Of a DNA stretch of 64,000 bases, positions 33,529-43,948 are shown in pieces; positions within the stretch are counted from its first letter, which is position 1; every line of letters starts with the position of its first letter. The notes beneath the pieces were generated by a model. The model was not told the DNA's origin. It was given only the letters and a program-made list of their open reading frames with translations, and made no database searches. Source of the stretch: a virus (Duplodnaviria; Caudoviricetes). The stretch spans positions 1-64,000 of the IMG/VR virus record IMGVR_UViG_2595698395_000001. One strand, 5' to 3'. The position numbers and the translations under genes were made by a program.

Positions 33529-35862
33529 ATGAAAAAAACAATTTACATATTATCGATTTTATTGCTCACTATTTCAGGAGTAAGCGCACAGACTGTTATT
33601 AAAATAAAACAGCCTAATCCGCAACAGATAACAATAGCAGACGATTCAATAAAACTGAATGGTTCAACTTCTGTTCCTTTGTCTGATATAATTAAGCCTA
33701 TCACATTAGCGGAGTACAACGCAATGGATGCGGCTACTAAATTAAAGAATGCAGGACGTCAAATTATAGACCCTACAGGAGTTCCTACAGCTATAAGTAT
33801 TGTTGATGGTAGTGTTAGTACTGCTAAGATTGCAAATAGCGCTGTGAGTGGAATTAAAATACTTGATGAAGCGATAACAGAAAGTAAAATAGCTGATGCA
33901 AGTATAACGGATGCAAAAATAAACGCTGATACATATAATAAATTATATTATGCTGTTCCTGATGGATACATTTCGCCAAGAGATTACGGAGCAGTTTTAG
34001 ATGGAGTAACCGATGACCGTGCGGCTTTTGTTGCTACATTAGCGGCTGCTAATACTTTAGGTAAGAGAATTAGGATTGATGCTGATAAAATGTTTTTAGA
34101 TGTTGAAGAAACTGGAACTAAATCGATATTCATACCAGATAACACATGGATAGAAGGTAGCAATAAGGATGTTCAAATCGTAGTTAACAACATATTAAGT
34201 CCTGCTTTTTACTTGGCTCTAGTTGATAATGTAACTATAAAAGATATCACTTTCACTTATGACCAAACATATGATCCTACATATGGAGAAGACGCAACTA
34301 ATTTTGCGGCAGACTTTACTATTAATCAGCAACAAGTAAGAGACTACTTAAGAGATAATAAAGCGATTGATTTTTCAGGTGTTTTTCCTGTAGATAACGG
34401 CTTTGTTAGTTACTATTATATGTTTTTATTAGAGGCTGCCGAAAACGTAACTTTTGATAATGTAACATTTAAGTCTAAAGGTGAAACGGCTGATACTTTC
34501 ATTACCGGAGTTATAAAAATGAAAGAACAATACCAACCAAGTCAAACAGTTTCAAATACTTCGGCTCCAAGAACTCAATGTAAAAACATATCATTAAGCA
34601 ATATAGTTATAGATGGTGCTTTAATGGGAATACAAGGATTAGTTGATGGTTTTACTGTTAACAATCTAAAATCATATCGTTATTCAGATATGCAAGATGC
34701 AAGCGGCAACTATCTAGGTGGTTTTGATGGTGTTGATTATGATTTTCCTCCACCTCATTTATTCTATTTAAACAATAGCTCATCATCTACATTCAACACA
34801 AAAAACGTTAACATAAATGATGTTTACGATTATGGTAAGTATGTAGGAACAGCAAGTGTGAGAGGAACAAGCGGTATCAATATAGGATATTGTAATTCTC
34901 TTAAATTAGTTGAGACACAAGATAACGTTCATGTTAGCAATTATAAATCTTTTCGCAGGGATGGAATGGCGGATATAGGAATACTTTCTAATAGCTCTTT
35001 TTCTAATATGTATTCAGAGTCTACTACGGATATTTTTAGTTCAACATCTAGTTATCCTGCTTTAAGGTTTTTAGGGAACTTAACAAATGTTGTTTTTGAT
35101 AATATCATAATAAAAGACAACTCAACTACATCGGCAATATACCCAATAGATTACGGTGAGGGTAATTTCGTCACATGGAACAATGTACATGTATTTGTAA
35201 AGACACTTAACACTATAGACGTAGGTACTTTTGGAATTTGGGGTTCAAATAACAAGATAACAAACTCTAGCTTTAATATAGAAAATCATACGTCTACACA
35301 AACTTTAAGAGGTATAGTTTTAAATAATTCAACAACTAGAGACTCTGGAGCAAACAATTACTACGATGTAACATTAAACGGTTGGAGAGATATATCTAGT
35401 GATCCTTTAAATAGGAAATCAAGAATGCTTTTTGCTACGGCTGTTAATACAAATAACAACTATGCTAGAGTTCATGACACTAGAAATAATTTTGTAATTG
35501 AGCAAGTAAACGAGATAGAAACAGATACATGGACTAGAACAGAAACAGTATCACTAGGTAGCGGAACACAGCAAGCGTTGACAATGACAATACCTAGTGG
35601 ATTTGCCGTAAAAAAAGCAACTGCAATAGTGACAAGTGCTTTAGATGCAGGTGTTACAGCTTCAATAGGAACAGTTTCGGGTGTTGCGACTAACTTAATA
35701 GCGTCAATATCTAACACAGCGAACTCAATAAACTCTAATGATTTAAACGAGATTTCTAATGGTAGTTTGAGGCAGATATTTATAAGAACAAGTACAGGAA
35801 CTTTCGCAAGTACAGGAACGGTTAAGGTGACTTTAGTATTAACACGTACATCATTAAATTAA
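33529..35862 (+). CDS. tail spike-like beta-helix protein (pectate-lyase-3-like) with signal peptide
   Basis: I.DG.V...KIA repeats; ISPRDYGAVLDGVTDDRAAF; N/S/T-rich beta-helix. Confidence 0.8.
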   Translation: MKKTIYILSILLLTISGVSAQTVIKIKQPNPQQITIADDSIKLNGSTSVPLSDIIKPITLAEYNAMDAATKLKNAGRQIIDPTGVPTAISIVDGSVSTAKIANSAVSGIKILDEAITESKIADASITDAKINADTYNKLYYAVPDGYISPRDYGAVLDGVTDDRAAFVATLAAANTLGKRIRIDADKMFLDVEETGTKSIFIPDNTWIEGSNKDVQIVVNNILSPAFYLALVDNVTIKDITFTYDQTYDPTYGEDATNFAADFTINQQQVRDYLRDNKAIDFSGVFPVDNGFVSYYYMFLLEAAENVTFDNVTFKSKGETADTFITGVIKMKEQYQPSQTVSNTSAPRTQCKNISLSNIVIDGALMGIQGLVDGFTVNNLKSYRYSDMQDASGNYLGGFDGVDYDFPPPHLFYLNNSSSSTFNTKNVNINDVYDYGKYVGTASVRGTSGINIGYCNSLKLVETQDNVHVSNYKSFRRDGMADIGILSNSSFSNMYSESTTDIFSSTSSYPALRFLGNLTNVVFDNIIIKDNSTTSAIYPIDYGEGNFVTWNNVHVFVKTLNTIDVGTFGIWGSNNKITNSSFNIENHTSTQTLRGIVLNNSTTRDSGANNYYDVTLNGWRDISSDPLNRKSRMLFATAVNTNNNYARVHDTRNNFVIEQVNEIETDTWTRTETVSLGSGTQQALTMTIPSGFAVKKATAIVTSALDAGVTASIGTVSGVATNLIASISNTANSINSNDLNEISNGSLRQIFIRTSTGTFASTGTVKVTLVLTRTSLN

Positions 35863-35866
35863 TAAG

Positions 35867-37843
35867 ATGAAACACACAATTAGCATAGTATTATTTTTCA
35901 TCCTTTCACTGGGATTAAACGCTCAAACGGTTGAGGGTACTGTAGGTAGTGATGGTAGTTTAATTCCTTATAATGTTTCCGCTAGTGCGGATGTGCAAGA
36001 CGGAACTATAACAAAGGCTAAATTAGATGCTAGTTTAGCTGCTGAAATTGACTCTAAAACAAATTATAGTGAGGTTTTAAATTTACATAGAACGTCAGAC
36101 CCTACTAGCAATGTAAAAGAATCAAATATCATTAATGCATGGGTTAAAGCTACTTTGGTAGATTTAGAATCCGTATCGACTGATAGCTATATTGGTGATT
36201 TGTCTCTAAAAGCAACTAAGAATGCTTCTGGATCGGGTGTTATTTATTCGCCTAATTATTCTGTAGAAATAGGTAAAGAATATGTTTTTAGCTGTAGAAT
36301 TAAAGTAGGAGGTGGATTTATAACTGGTAGTAATTTATACTTAGCTGATAAGTCCGGAGCGTTCACACAAACACCTATAGACCACACTAATTCAGATTGG
36401 CAATTAGTAACGGTAACACTTGGATTCACTAAAACAAGAACTAGAGTTAATTTCTCAATGTCAGCACAACCATCAGGAGCTTTTATGCTTATTGATGACA
36501 TGAAGCTTTACGAGAATGAAGAATCTATAAAGGCGTTTCCTAACGCTTACGGTTTTGGCGCAGTATCTACAGGGGGAAGAGGTGGAACAGTTAGAAAGGT
36601 GACAAACTTAAACGATAGTGGTTCAGGAAGCTTAAGAGAAGCGGCTGGAATAGCTAATACATATGTAGTTTTTGATGTTGCAGGAAACATAGAGTTGAGC
36701 AGTCCTATTTCTGTAGCTGACAATGTGACTATTTTTGGTCAAACAGCATTTAGAAATGGAGGGCAAGGAATAACATTAAAAGCAAACTCTACAAACGAAT
36801 CTAGTTTAATGACTGTAAGCGGAAAGGAAAACTTTACAGTTCAATACATAAGATTTAGAAGAGGTGTAACTCCTTTTGCTACGGCTTCTACAGGAGGTCA
36901 AAACTTAGCCTTAGCTAATGCAGCGAACAAAGCAATAATTGACCATTGCTCTTTTGGTTGGGATGAAGACGAAAGTTTAACTATTTGGGATGCGCAACAA
37001 GTTACAGTTTCAAATTCAATAATCAACCACTCTTTAAAAGTAAATGCCTATGGTCGTGTAAAAACAGGCAAGGGAGTTATTATTGGAAACAATGCAGAAG
37101 AGGTTTCATTGTATTGTAATTTAATAGGCAATGCAGACCAAAGAAACGCATTATTTGGTGGTTCCACACCGCCACTAGGAAACTTTGAGTTTAAAAATAA
37201 CTTAATACATAATTGGGGTACAGCAGGAACATACTTTACGGAGGGAACAAATGACTTTAAAGTTAATATTATTGGAAACAAATGGAAGCTTGGAAATAAC
37301 TCTATACTAAATAGACACGCTTTACAGGCTACTGGTAATACTGGAGATTTGTTTTACCTAGAAGGTAACATTTCAGCGGAAAGACCTACAGACGATTTAG
37401 ACGAATGGTTAGCTATAGGAGACACAGCAACGCCTTCTATTAACCTATCTACTTCATTTCAACAGTTAACACCTTTTGACTACCCTTTACAGGATTCTCC
37501 TACATATACTATAGATGAATTAGAAAGTACAGTTATAAAACAAATGGGGGTTAGTTTGTATGAAGATAAACCAGACTATGGAGCTAAACAAGATTACTTA
37601 AACGGAACAGGTTCGCATATAAATATACCTAGTGACGATGGTGGTTATCCTGTTTTAAGTAACTTTACAACATCAATAGTAGATTCTAATAGCGACGGCA
37701 TAGAAGATAGTTTTGCAACTACTCATGGAATAACATCGCCAAATCAAATAATAGGCTCTTACGACTTTGGAGATTGGATATTTGACAACTCTATAGGGTA
37801 CGAAGCAATAGAGGTTTACGCTTACTGGTTAACAAAACAATAA
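35867..37843 (+). CDS. polysaccharide lyase family 1-like protein with CBM-like domain and signal peptide
   Basis: AFP.A.GFG....GGRGG.V.KVTNLNDSGSGSLREA, VVFDVAG.I, IDHCSFGW..DE, QRN. Confidence 0.85.
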   Translation: MKHTISIVLFFILSLGLNAQTVEGTVGSDGSLIPYNVSASADVQDGTITKAKLDASLAAEIDSKTNYSEVLNLHRTSDPTSNVKESNIINAWVKATLVDLESVSTDSYIGDLSLKATKNASGSGVIYSPNYSVEIGKEYVFSCRIKVGGGFITGSNLYLADKSGAFTQTPIDHTNSDWQLVTVTLGFTKTRTRVNFSMSAQPSGAFMLIDDMKLYENEESIKAFPNAYGFGAVSTGGRGGTVRKVTNLNDSGSGSLREAAGIANTYVVFDVAGNIELSSPISVADNVTIFGQTAFRNGGQGITLKANSTNESSLMTVSGKENFTVQYIRFRRGVTPFATASTGGQNLALANAANKAIIDHCSFGWDEDESLTIWDAQQVTVSNSIINHSLKVNAYGRVKTGKGVIIGNNAEEVSLYCNLIGNADQRNALFGGSTPPLGNFEFKNNLIHNWGTAGTYFTEGTNDFKVNIIGNKWKLGNNSILNRHALQATGNTGDLFYLEGNISAERPTDDLDEWLAIGDTATPSINLSTSFQQLTPFDYPLQDSPTYTIDELESTVIKQMGVSLYEDKPDYGAKQDYLNGTGSHINIPSDDGGYPVLSNFTTSIVDSNSDGIEDSFATTHGITSPNQIIGSYDFGDWIFDNSIGYEAIEVYAYWLTKQ

Positions 37844-37859
37844 AACACGTATAGAAATT

Positions 37860-38135
37860 ATGACAAAATTAATAGAAAAAACACAATCAAAAGCAGAGAA
37901 CTATTGGATATTATTCTTTAGAATACCTGGACTATTTTTATTCTTTCTTCCGTTTATTCCTGTAACTATGGGGTATATTAATTCTAACGTTGATAAGGTT
38001 AGATTAGACGGTGGAGATTGGCAATTACTTGGATTAGGATTTTTCCTAGTTTGGGGAAGTTCTTATTTTGGTATTTTAGGAAACAAATTAGGAATGTTCT
38101 TATCTAGCAAGTTTGGATTAAACAATAAAGAGTAA
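37860..38135 (+). CDS. holin-like membrane protein
   Basis: two TM segments, upstream of endolysin. Confidence 0.5.
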   Translation: MTKLIEKTQSKAENYWILFFRIPGLFLFFLPFIPVTMGYINSNVDKVRLDGGDWQLLGLGFFLVWGSSYFGILGNKLGMFLSSKFGLNNKE

Positions 38136-38242
38136 GGATATGAAAACATTAATAGCAATATCTATTATATGCTTGATTATTCAATACTTCCTAGAAGACA
38201 CTAAATCAAGCAGAGATAATACACCGAAAACAGATCCATAGA

Positions 38243-38890
38243 ATGTACAATAAAATCCCCCCTTTTTTTTTGGGAACAACAAAATTTGTAAGTAGATACA
38301 ACTATAAAAGGAGGATTTTAGCTTTCAGGTTGCGTTGCGCAAAAAAAAGATTGAGACAGAAAGCTTGGGTAAGAAGAATAATACGTAGCAAAGTATTGGT
38401 TTATATTCCTGTAGCCATGCTTTCTATTAAGCTTTACATAGAGAGAGAGGCTAGAGTTACTGCAGAAGTAAAGGCGGCCCTATACGAAAGCCAGGCAAAG
38501 AGCACTATTAAAACCTTTGACGATATGAAGGTTAGTTATTTCGAGAAGCTTTTAAGAAAGAACTACTTCATAATGCTAGGCACTAATGATTATTACGACG
38601 AGCAGTTTACAAGTAGACTTGGTTTTGAAGGAATAGATTATTTAGGTAAAAAAGATTCAGATTTACAAGACACTACAAGCGCGTATGGATATTCTAAAAG
38701 CGATATGAAGGTTGTGTACTCTTTAGATCGAGAATGGTTCAGAGAATACTTTATAGTAAAGAAAGATACTCAGGAATTAGCTGTATTCAAATTTTGTAGA
38801 ATAGAACTAAATAAAGATACAGTGGTAGGAGGACTTCCTTTTGATATGGAAAAACTAAAAAAAGAATTAAAACTTAAAGACATAGAATGA
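38243..38890 (+). CDS. membrane-anchored PAS-domain-like protein
   Basis: ML.TN.YY...F......DYLGKKD.DL.......SD.KV pattern of PAS_4. Confidence 0.55.
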   Translation: MYNKIPPFFLGTTKFVSRYNYKRRILAFRLRCAKKRLRQKAWVRRIIRSKVLVYIPVAMLSIKLYIEREARVTAEVKAALYESQAKSTIKTFDDMKVSYFEKLLRKNYFIMLGTNDYYDEQFTSRLGFEGIDYLGKKDSDLQDTTSAYGYSKSDMKVVYSLDREWFREYFIVKKDTQELAVFKFCRIELNKDTVVGGLPFDMEKLKKELKLKDIE

Positions 38891-39393
38891 AAGTTTCAGG
38901 AATAATTGCATTTATCTTAGCTATAGTGATGACCATTATAAGCAAGGCTCCTAGTTTTTCACAACTAGCGTTAACATTATACACACCATTATTGGACGGT
39001 TTTTTGTTTTGTATTGCATTATCGTTTTTAATACGCTCTAAGGATGCTTTAAATAGAAACGATGTGATACTATGGAAGTGCGAAACTAAGTACTTTGACA
39101 TACTTAGCTGCGTGTTTTTTGGACTTATATTGATTACTCCGGTAACACATACAGAAGAGTTTATTCAAATAGCGCACATGATAGCTACCGGAATGGCAAT
39201 ATTGATAAGCTACACAGCTTTAGTTGCTCAACAAACTGATAGAATGATGAAAGCCGGAAGTATTCTAGGTGTTGTTGTTGGAGGTGTTGGATTTTTGATT
39301 GGATTCTTAACTCCATATTACAGCACGGGAGAAGGCGAATTAATAGCTTCATTGCCGTTGGCAGTTCACATGTTCTTTACCAAAACAAAATAG
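38887..39393 (+). CDS. multi-pass membrane protein
   Basis: about six hydrophobic helices. Confidence 0.7.
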   Translation: MKVSGIIAFILAIVMTIISKAPSFSQLALTLYTPLLDGFLFCIALSFLIRSKDALNRNDVILWKCETKYFDILSCVFFGLILITPVTHTEEFIQIAHMIATGMAILISYTALVAQQTDRMMKAGSILGVVVGGVGFLIGFLTPYYSTGEGELIASLPLAVHMFFTKTK

Positions 39394-39438
39394 TATACAT
39401 AAAGCTATATTTTAAAATATAAAAACATACATATTACT

Positions 39439-39984
39439 ATGAACTTAGATTATTACAAAAATATAGTGAGAAATCACCCAGAGGAATTTGAGCTATTCAA
39501 GAATAAGTTCTTTCCTATTGTGATGAAGTGGGAAGGTGGAGGTAAACTACACAACGTTAAAGGTGATTCTGGAGGATGGACTGTTTGGGGAATAGCATAC
39601 AACTATAACAAAGCTCTATTCGATGATTTTAATGACTTTAAAGACACAACATTAGAAGAAGCTGCGTATATTGCATTTGTAAAGTATTACTTGGCGGCCA
39701 ACGCAGAATTGGTACCAATGGATGCGAAGCTATACTATTTTGATATGTGCTATAACATGGGCGTATCAAGAGGTATTAAGATACTTCAAAAATGTATAGG
39801 TGTTAATGCCGATGGTAGAATTGGAAACATTACCAAGTCAAAAATACACAATGTAACAGAGTGCTGTTTGATGATCGAAAGAAATAAGTTCTATAATAGG
39901 CTAGTTGAAAACAACTATAAAATGGGGAAATTCATTAAAGGTTGGTTAAATAGAAGTAAGGGAATATTTGATTTTAAATACTAA
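39439..39984 (+). CDS. endolysin, glycoside hydrolase family 108
   Basis: WEGG.....GDSGGWTVWGI, FD..YNMG, LQ..IGV.ADG.IG..T, F.KGWLNR. Confidence 0.9.
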   Translation: MNLDYYKNIVRNHPEEFELFKNKFFPIVMKWEGGGKLHNVKGDSGGWTVWGIAYNYNKALFDDFNDFKDTTLEEAAYIAFVKYYLAANAELVPMDAKLYYFDMCYNMGVSRGIKILQKCIGVNADGRIGNITKSKIHNVTECCLMIERNKFYNRLVENNYKMGKFIKGWLNRSKGIFDFKY

Positions 39985-40149
39985 TGCTATGACAGACGAT
40001 GAATGGTATGGTGAAGTATTCAAAACAGGAACAATGCAAGATGTGATGGACTTGAAAAGCATCCTAATAAAAGAAGGAGACTTTTTATTGGCCGCAGCTT
40101 GTGATGGAAGATTAAAAGAATTACGAATTAAAAATTCAGACTGTTAGTT

Positions 40150-40431
40150 ATGACAAAAACGATAGCAATAATAGCAATTACAATACTAATTACATCCTTA
40201 ATTTGGTGGTTTGGAATAAATCCAGTATCAGATAAATCGTACATTAATGTAATAAAAGAGAAAGATAGTATAATTTTGGTGCAAAAAAATATTATCTTAG
40301 ACGCGTATAAGGATATTAACGACTCAATACAATATGGAAAAGACATCCAACACATCAAAAAACTTCATGATCGTTATCCTGATGATGCTATTCTCGATAG
40401 CTTGCTTCGCGCAGGACAAGAATTACGTTAG
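40150..40431 (+). CDS. spanin-like inner membrane protein
   Basis: N-terminal TM then coiled coil; overlaps next gene, after endolysin. Confidence 0.5.
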   Translation: MTKTIAIIAITILITSLIWWFGINPVSDKSYINVIKEKDSIILVQKNIILDAYKDINDSIQYGKDIQHIKKLHDRYPDDAILDSLLRAGQELR

Positions 40432-40702
40432 TGTTCATAGAGATAGTTTGTATAACGCTTTACTTAATATCTCTGAACTAAAGGTTGAGAATGCATTTTT
40501 AAGGAAAAAGAACGATAATCAAAAAGTAATCATAACTGCTCAAGAAATAATCATTTCCGAAACAGAATTTAAAACTGAAATACTGACTAAGCAAATAAGC
40601 ATAGAACAAAGTACCGGCACTAAAAAATGGTGGAATGGTTTTGGAAAAGGAGTTGCTACAGGAGGTGTAATAGTTTTAGGGTTATTCTTAGGGTTAAAAT
40701 AA
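40334..40702 (+). CDS. spanin-like protein (overlapping)
   Basis: signal-like segment, coiled coil, C-terminal GFGKGVATGGVIV. Confidence 0.5.
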   Translation: MEKTSNTSKNFMIVILMMLFSIACFAQDKNYVSVHRDSLYNALLNISELKVENAFLRKKNDNQKVIITAQEIIISETEFKTEILTKQISIEQSTGTKKWWNGFGKGVATGGVIVLGLFLGLK

Positions 40703-40707
40703 GTTTT

Positions 40708-41310
40708 ATGAAGGGATTAAATCATTTTATAGTACACATACCGGAAAAGTGGAGTCAAACATATAAGACCGAAAGCGGACTTGAATTGCATGCAGATAGA
40801 AGGTTTTCTTTAAGACAAGTAGGTAATACCATTGTGAAGGTAATTGAAACTCCATACAACTACGATGGCCCTGTTAAGATTGGAGATACACTATTTATCG
40901 ATGTAAATGCATTGTCTCAACAATCGTATGTTATTGGAGGTGAATTAGAAAACCAACATCTAATTGATAGGGAGAAAAAATTATACAAAATTGATTCTTC
41001 TTTGATATTCGCGTATAAAGAAACTGATGATTCTGAATGGATAGGTTTTGAAGAGAGTATTTTATGTAAAAGCATAAAGGAGGTTAAGGCAGAAAAAAAA
41101 CCTAGCCTTATCTATATTCCAGAAGATAACAGGGAAAAAACTATTGAAGGTAAGTACATTGTAGATGTTCTAAATCCTATAGCGGAATCAATGGGAATAA
41201 AAAAAGGAGATACTATTTATGTTGAGAAACATTTATTTTTAGATGTTAGGTTAGAAGATAAAGAGTATGTAAGAATTAGAGTTAGAGATATTTTGGGATT
41301 AGCAATTTAA
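40708..41310 (+). CDS. GroES-fold-like protein (likely start MKGLNH)
   Basis: TESGLEL, VIETP....VKIGDTL, GIKKGD...RIRVRDILG. Confidence 0.6.
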   Translation: MKGLNHFIVHIPEKWSQTYKTESGLELHADRRFSLRQVGNTIVKVIETPYNYDGPVKIGDTLFIDVNALSQQSYVIGGELENQHLIDREKKLYKIDSSLIFAYKETDDSEWIGFEESILCKSIKEVKAEKKPSLIYIPEDNREKTIEGKYIVDVLNPIAESMGIKKGDTIYVEKHLFLDVRLEDKEYVRIRVRDILGLAI

Positions 41311-41321
41311 AACACAGAAAA

Positions 41322-41621
41322 ATGAGTACGGAAAAGGAGTTATCAAAATACTACAAAGAAAACATTCCTGATTTAATATTAGATTTGAAGGTAGCGGTTA
41401 AAAACAATAGAAGTGTTATTACACAATCTGTGGATAGCGATTTAAGTGAGGACAAGTATGTAAATGTACTTAAGGCAAGAAGAATGGCGGCTGATGATAC
41501 TATACACTTTTTAAAAGAAATAGATCGTCTTGAAAACGAATTAAACGAAGTAGAAGAAGTGGGTGTTTCTACTAAAAAGAAAATTACAAACCCTGCTAAA
41601 AAATACGCAAGTAAAGAATGA
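41322..41621 (+). CDS. terminase small subunit candidate
   Basis: helical 99 aa ORF overlapping terL start. Confidence 0.55.
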   Translation: MSTEKELSKYYKENIPDLILDLKVAVKNNRSVITQSVDSDLSEDKYVNVLKARRMAADDTIHFLKEIDRLENELNEVEEVGVSTKKKITNPAKKYASKE

Positions 41622-43945
41622 TATTTTATCTAGGAGAAAAAGTTAAGGGTGTTGTCGATAATAAGACAAGATTAACCAAGAACAAATTACGTTCTTGGGA
41701 GTACGGCTATAATCCTGATTTAGACATTGTTATAATTTCAAGAGACGGAACATTAGGAGAAGTATTCAATATCCAAGGACTAAAAATTGGACTACCTCAA
41801 CAGCCTGATTCTGAAGAAATAATCAACCACGGCAAAAATACATTCAGCCAAAAATGGAAACGAATAGATTTACCAACGGCATTAACCGACAAATCTATAG
41901 ATAAAAGAGTTTCTGAAATATATTCTAGCGGTATTCCTAAAGACAAGGCTGAAGAAGAGGTTAACGAATACATGATAAATCTATTCGACGAACACGAAGA
42001 TTTTATTGCTACTGAGTACAAAAAAAGACACGAAGGCATTTGGATATACGTAAACGGGAATCCTGTTTATGTTCCAGGAACCTATTACTTCGGAGTTCAA
42101 TGGGTTAAGGAAACAACTGATTTTCCTAACTTTAGAATAATACAAAACGAGTTAATGATATTTTGGGAGGCTTGCAAGGCCGATTCAAGATGTTATGGAA
42201 TGCAGTACGTTAAGAATAGACGTATGGGAGCAACGCTACTTGGGATATTTGAGTTCTTAGAATCAGGAACTATTACCGAAGACAAGATTTTAGGTATGAT
42301 TTCTAAAAAAGGGGATGATGCAAAGAAGATATTTAGAAGACTTGTAACCGCTTTTAAGAGATTGCCGGCATTCTTTAAACCTGTTACCGATGGTACCAAC
42401 ACTCCAAAGAAAGAACTAGTCTTTGAAGAACCAACGAAAAGAAGAGGCCGCGGAGACGTAAGCACTAACGAAGGGTTAAGCACTTATATTTCTTGGCATA
42501 ATACTGATATGAACTCGATGGATGGGGATGCGATATTCAGATCCATACTAGATGAAAGCGGTAAGTACCCGCCAGATGTAAAATTTAGCGAATATTGGTC
42601 AATTGTAAAAACTTCTCACCGTAAAGGAGTTAAGATTACCGGAAAATCTATGGTAGTTTCTACTGTAAACTCCCTAAAAAAAGGTGGTGGAGAATACAAA
42701 AAAGTATGGGACACTAGTGATTTACTTGATAGAAACCCTAACGGACAAACAAAATCTGGACTATACAGAATATTTATACCTGCAAAATTCTGTTTAGAAG
42801 GAATGTTTGACGAGTATGGATTTAGTATTATTAAAGATCCAGAGAAGCCAATTAAAACAGACGAAGGAACCATTGTATCTATTGGTTCAGAATCTTGGTT
42901 AAGAAACGAAGAAGAAGCATTAAAAGGTGATCCTGAAAAGTATAACGAACAAAGAAGACAGTTTCCCGACACTATAAAAGATGCGTTCAGGGATGCAAGT
43001 AACGATTGTGAATTTAATCTACCTAAGATTTTAGAGCAAATGGAATACTGTGAATTTGAGTTAAATGACAGATGGACTATTGAAAGAGATTTTTTAGGCA
43101 ACGATGACTTAGAGCGCGGAAACTTTACTTGGAAAGACGGTATTAAAGACACAGAAGTTGTATGGCGTCCAGACAAAGAGAATGGAAGATTCTTTATAAA
43201 AAAAGGATGTCACCCACCAATAGAGTACAGAAACAAACATGAAGAAAAGTATAAAAACGGATCCCTTGGCAAAGCTCCTTTAGCAGAACATATAGGTGGT
43301 TTCGGAGTCGATCCATATAACAGAAGTATTAATGCCGATGGTAGAGGCTCTAAGGGTAGTATTATTGGTACCACTAAAACAAATACAGCAGATAACTTCC
43401 CTAACGACTTAATGTTTTTAGAATACATAGACAGACCAAAGAAAGTTAAGCTATTCTTTGAGGACGTAATTATGTGCTCAGTTTATTTCTCAATGCCATT
43501 TTTAGCAGAGCAATCTAACGACCAGTTTTTGGCATACGTAAAAGACCGAGGGTATAGACACTATAGCGCGAACAATCCATTTAAAGTTTATAATGATTTA
43601 ACTCCACAAGAAAAAGAATTTGGTGGAGCTCCGCAACAAGATTCTAAAATTGGTGAAGGACAGTTTTATGCCACGGAAGCATTTGTAGAAGACCAACTAG
43701 GAGTTGCTAGGGACGCAAGCAATAGAGCTGTAGGTAAGATAGGAGATATGCCATTCACTAGGACGCTTATTCAAATAAAAGACGTAGAAACATCAAACAG
43801 AACGAAATACGATGCATATATTGCATTCTCACTTTCAAGGTTGCTTAACCAAAAAAGAGTAAAAAAAGAAACAACAAAACCTCAACCAGTATTTATTCCA
43901 TTCCAGAAATATGACAATTCAGGTGGAATGTCAAAAAGATTATAA
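41618..43945 (+). CDS. terL: terminase large subunit
   Basis: KNRRMGAT Walker A-like, ILDESGK Walker B, GVDPY RNase H nuclease motif. Confidence 0.92.
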   Translation: MIFYLGEKVKGVVDNKTRLTKNKLRSWEYGYNPDLDIVIISRDGTLGEVFNIQGLKIGLPQQPDSEEIINHGKNTFSQKWKRIDLPTALTDKSIDKRVSEIYSSGIPKDKAEEEVNEYMINLFDEHEDFIATEYKKRHEGIWIYVNGNPVYVPGTYYFGVQWVKETTDFPNFRIIQNELMIFWEACKADSRCYGMQYVKNRRMGATLLGIFEFLESGTITEDKILGMISKKGDDAKKIFRRLVTAFKRLPAFFKPVTDGTNTPKKELVFEEPTKRRGRGDVSTNEGLSTYISWHNTDMNSMDGDAIFRSILDESGKYPPDVKFSEYWSIVKTSHRKGVKITGKSMVVSTVNSLKKGGGEYKKVWDTSDLLDRNPNGQTKSGLYRIFIPAKFCLEGMFDEYGFSIIKDPEKPIKTDEGTIVSIGSESWLRNEEEALKGDPEKYNEQRRQFPDTIKDAFRDASNDCEFNLPKILEQMEYCEFELNDRWTIERDFLGNDDLERGNFTWKDGIKDTEVVWRPDKENGRFFIKKGCHPPIEYRNKHEEKYKNGSLGKAPLAEHIGGFGVDPYNRSINADGRGSKGSIIGTTKTNTADNFPNDLMFLEYIDRPKKVKLFFEDVIMCSVYFSMPFLAEQSNDQFLAYVKDRGYRHYSANNPFKVYNDLTPQEKEFGGAPQQDSKIGEGQFYATEAFVEDQLGVARDASNRAVGKIGDMPFTRTLIQIKDVETSNRTKYDAYIAFSLSRLLNQKRVKKETTKPQPVFIPFQKYDNSGGMSKRL

Positions 43946-43948
43946 GCC

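Noticed and set aside
31864-37843. Diversity-generating retroelement targeting fibre genes
   Set aside because: No reverse transcriptase and no TR/VR pair differing at adenines seen in the window
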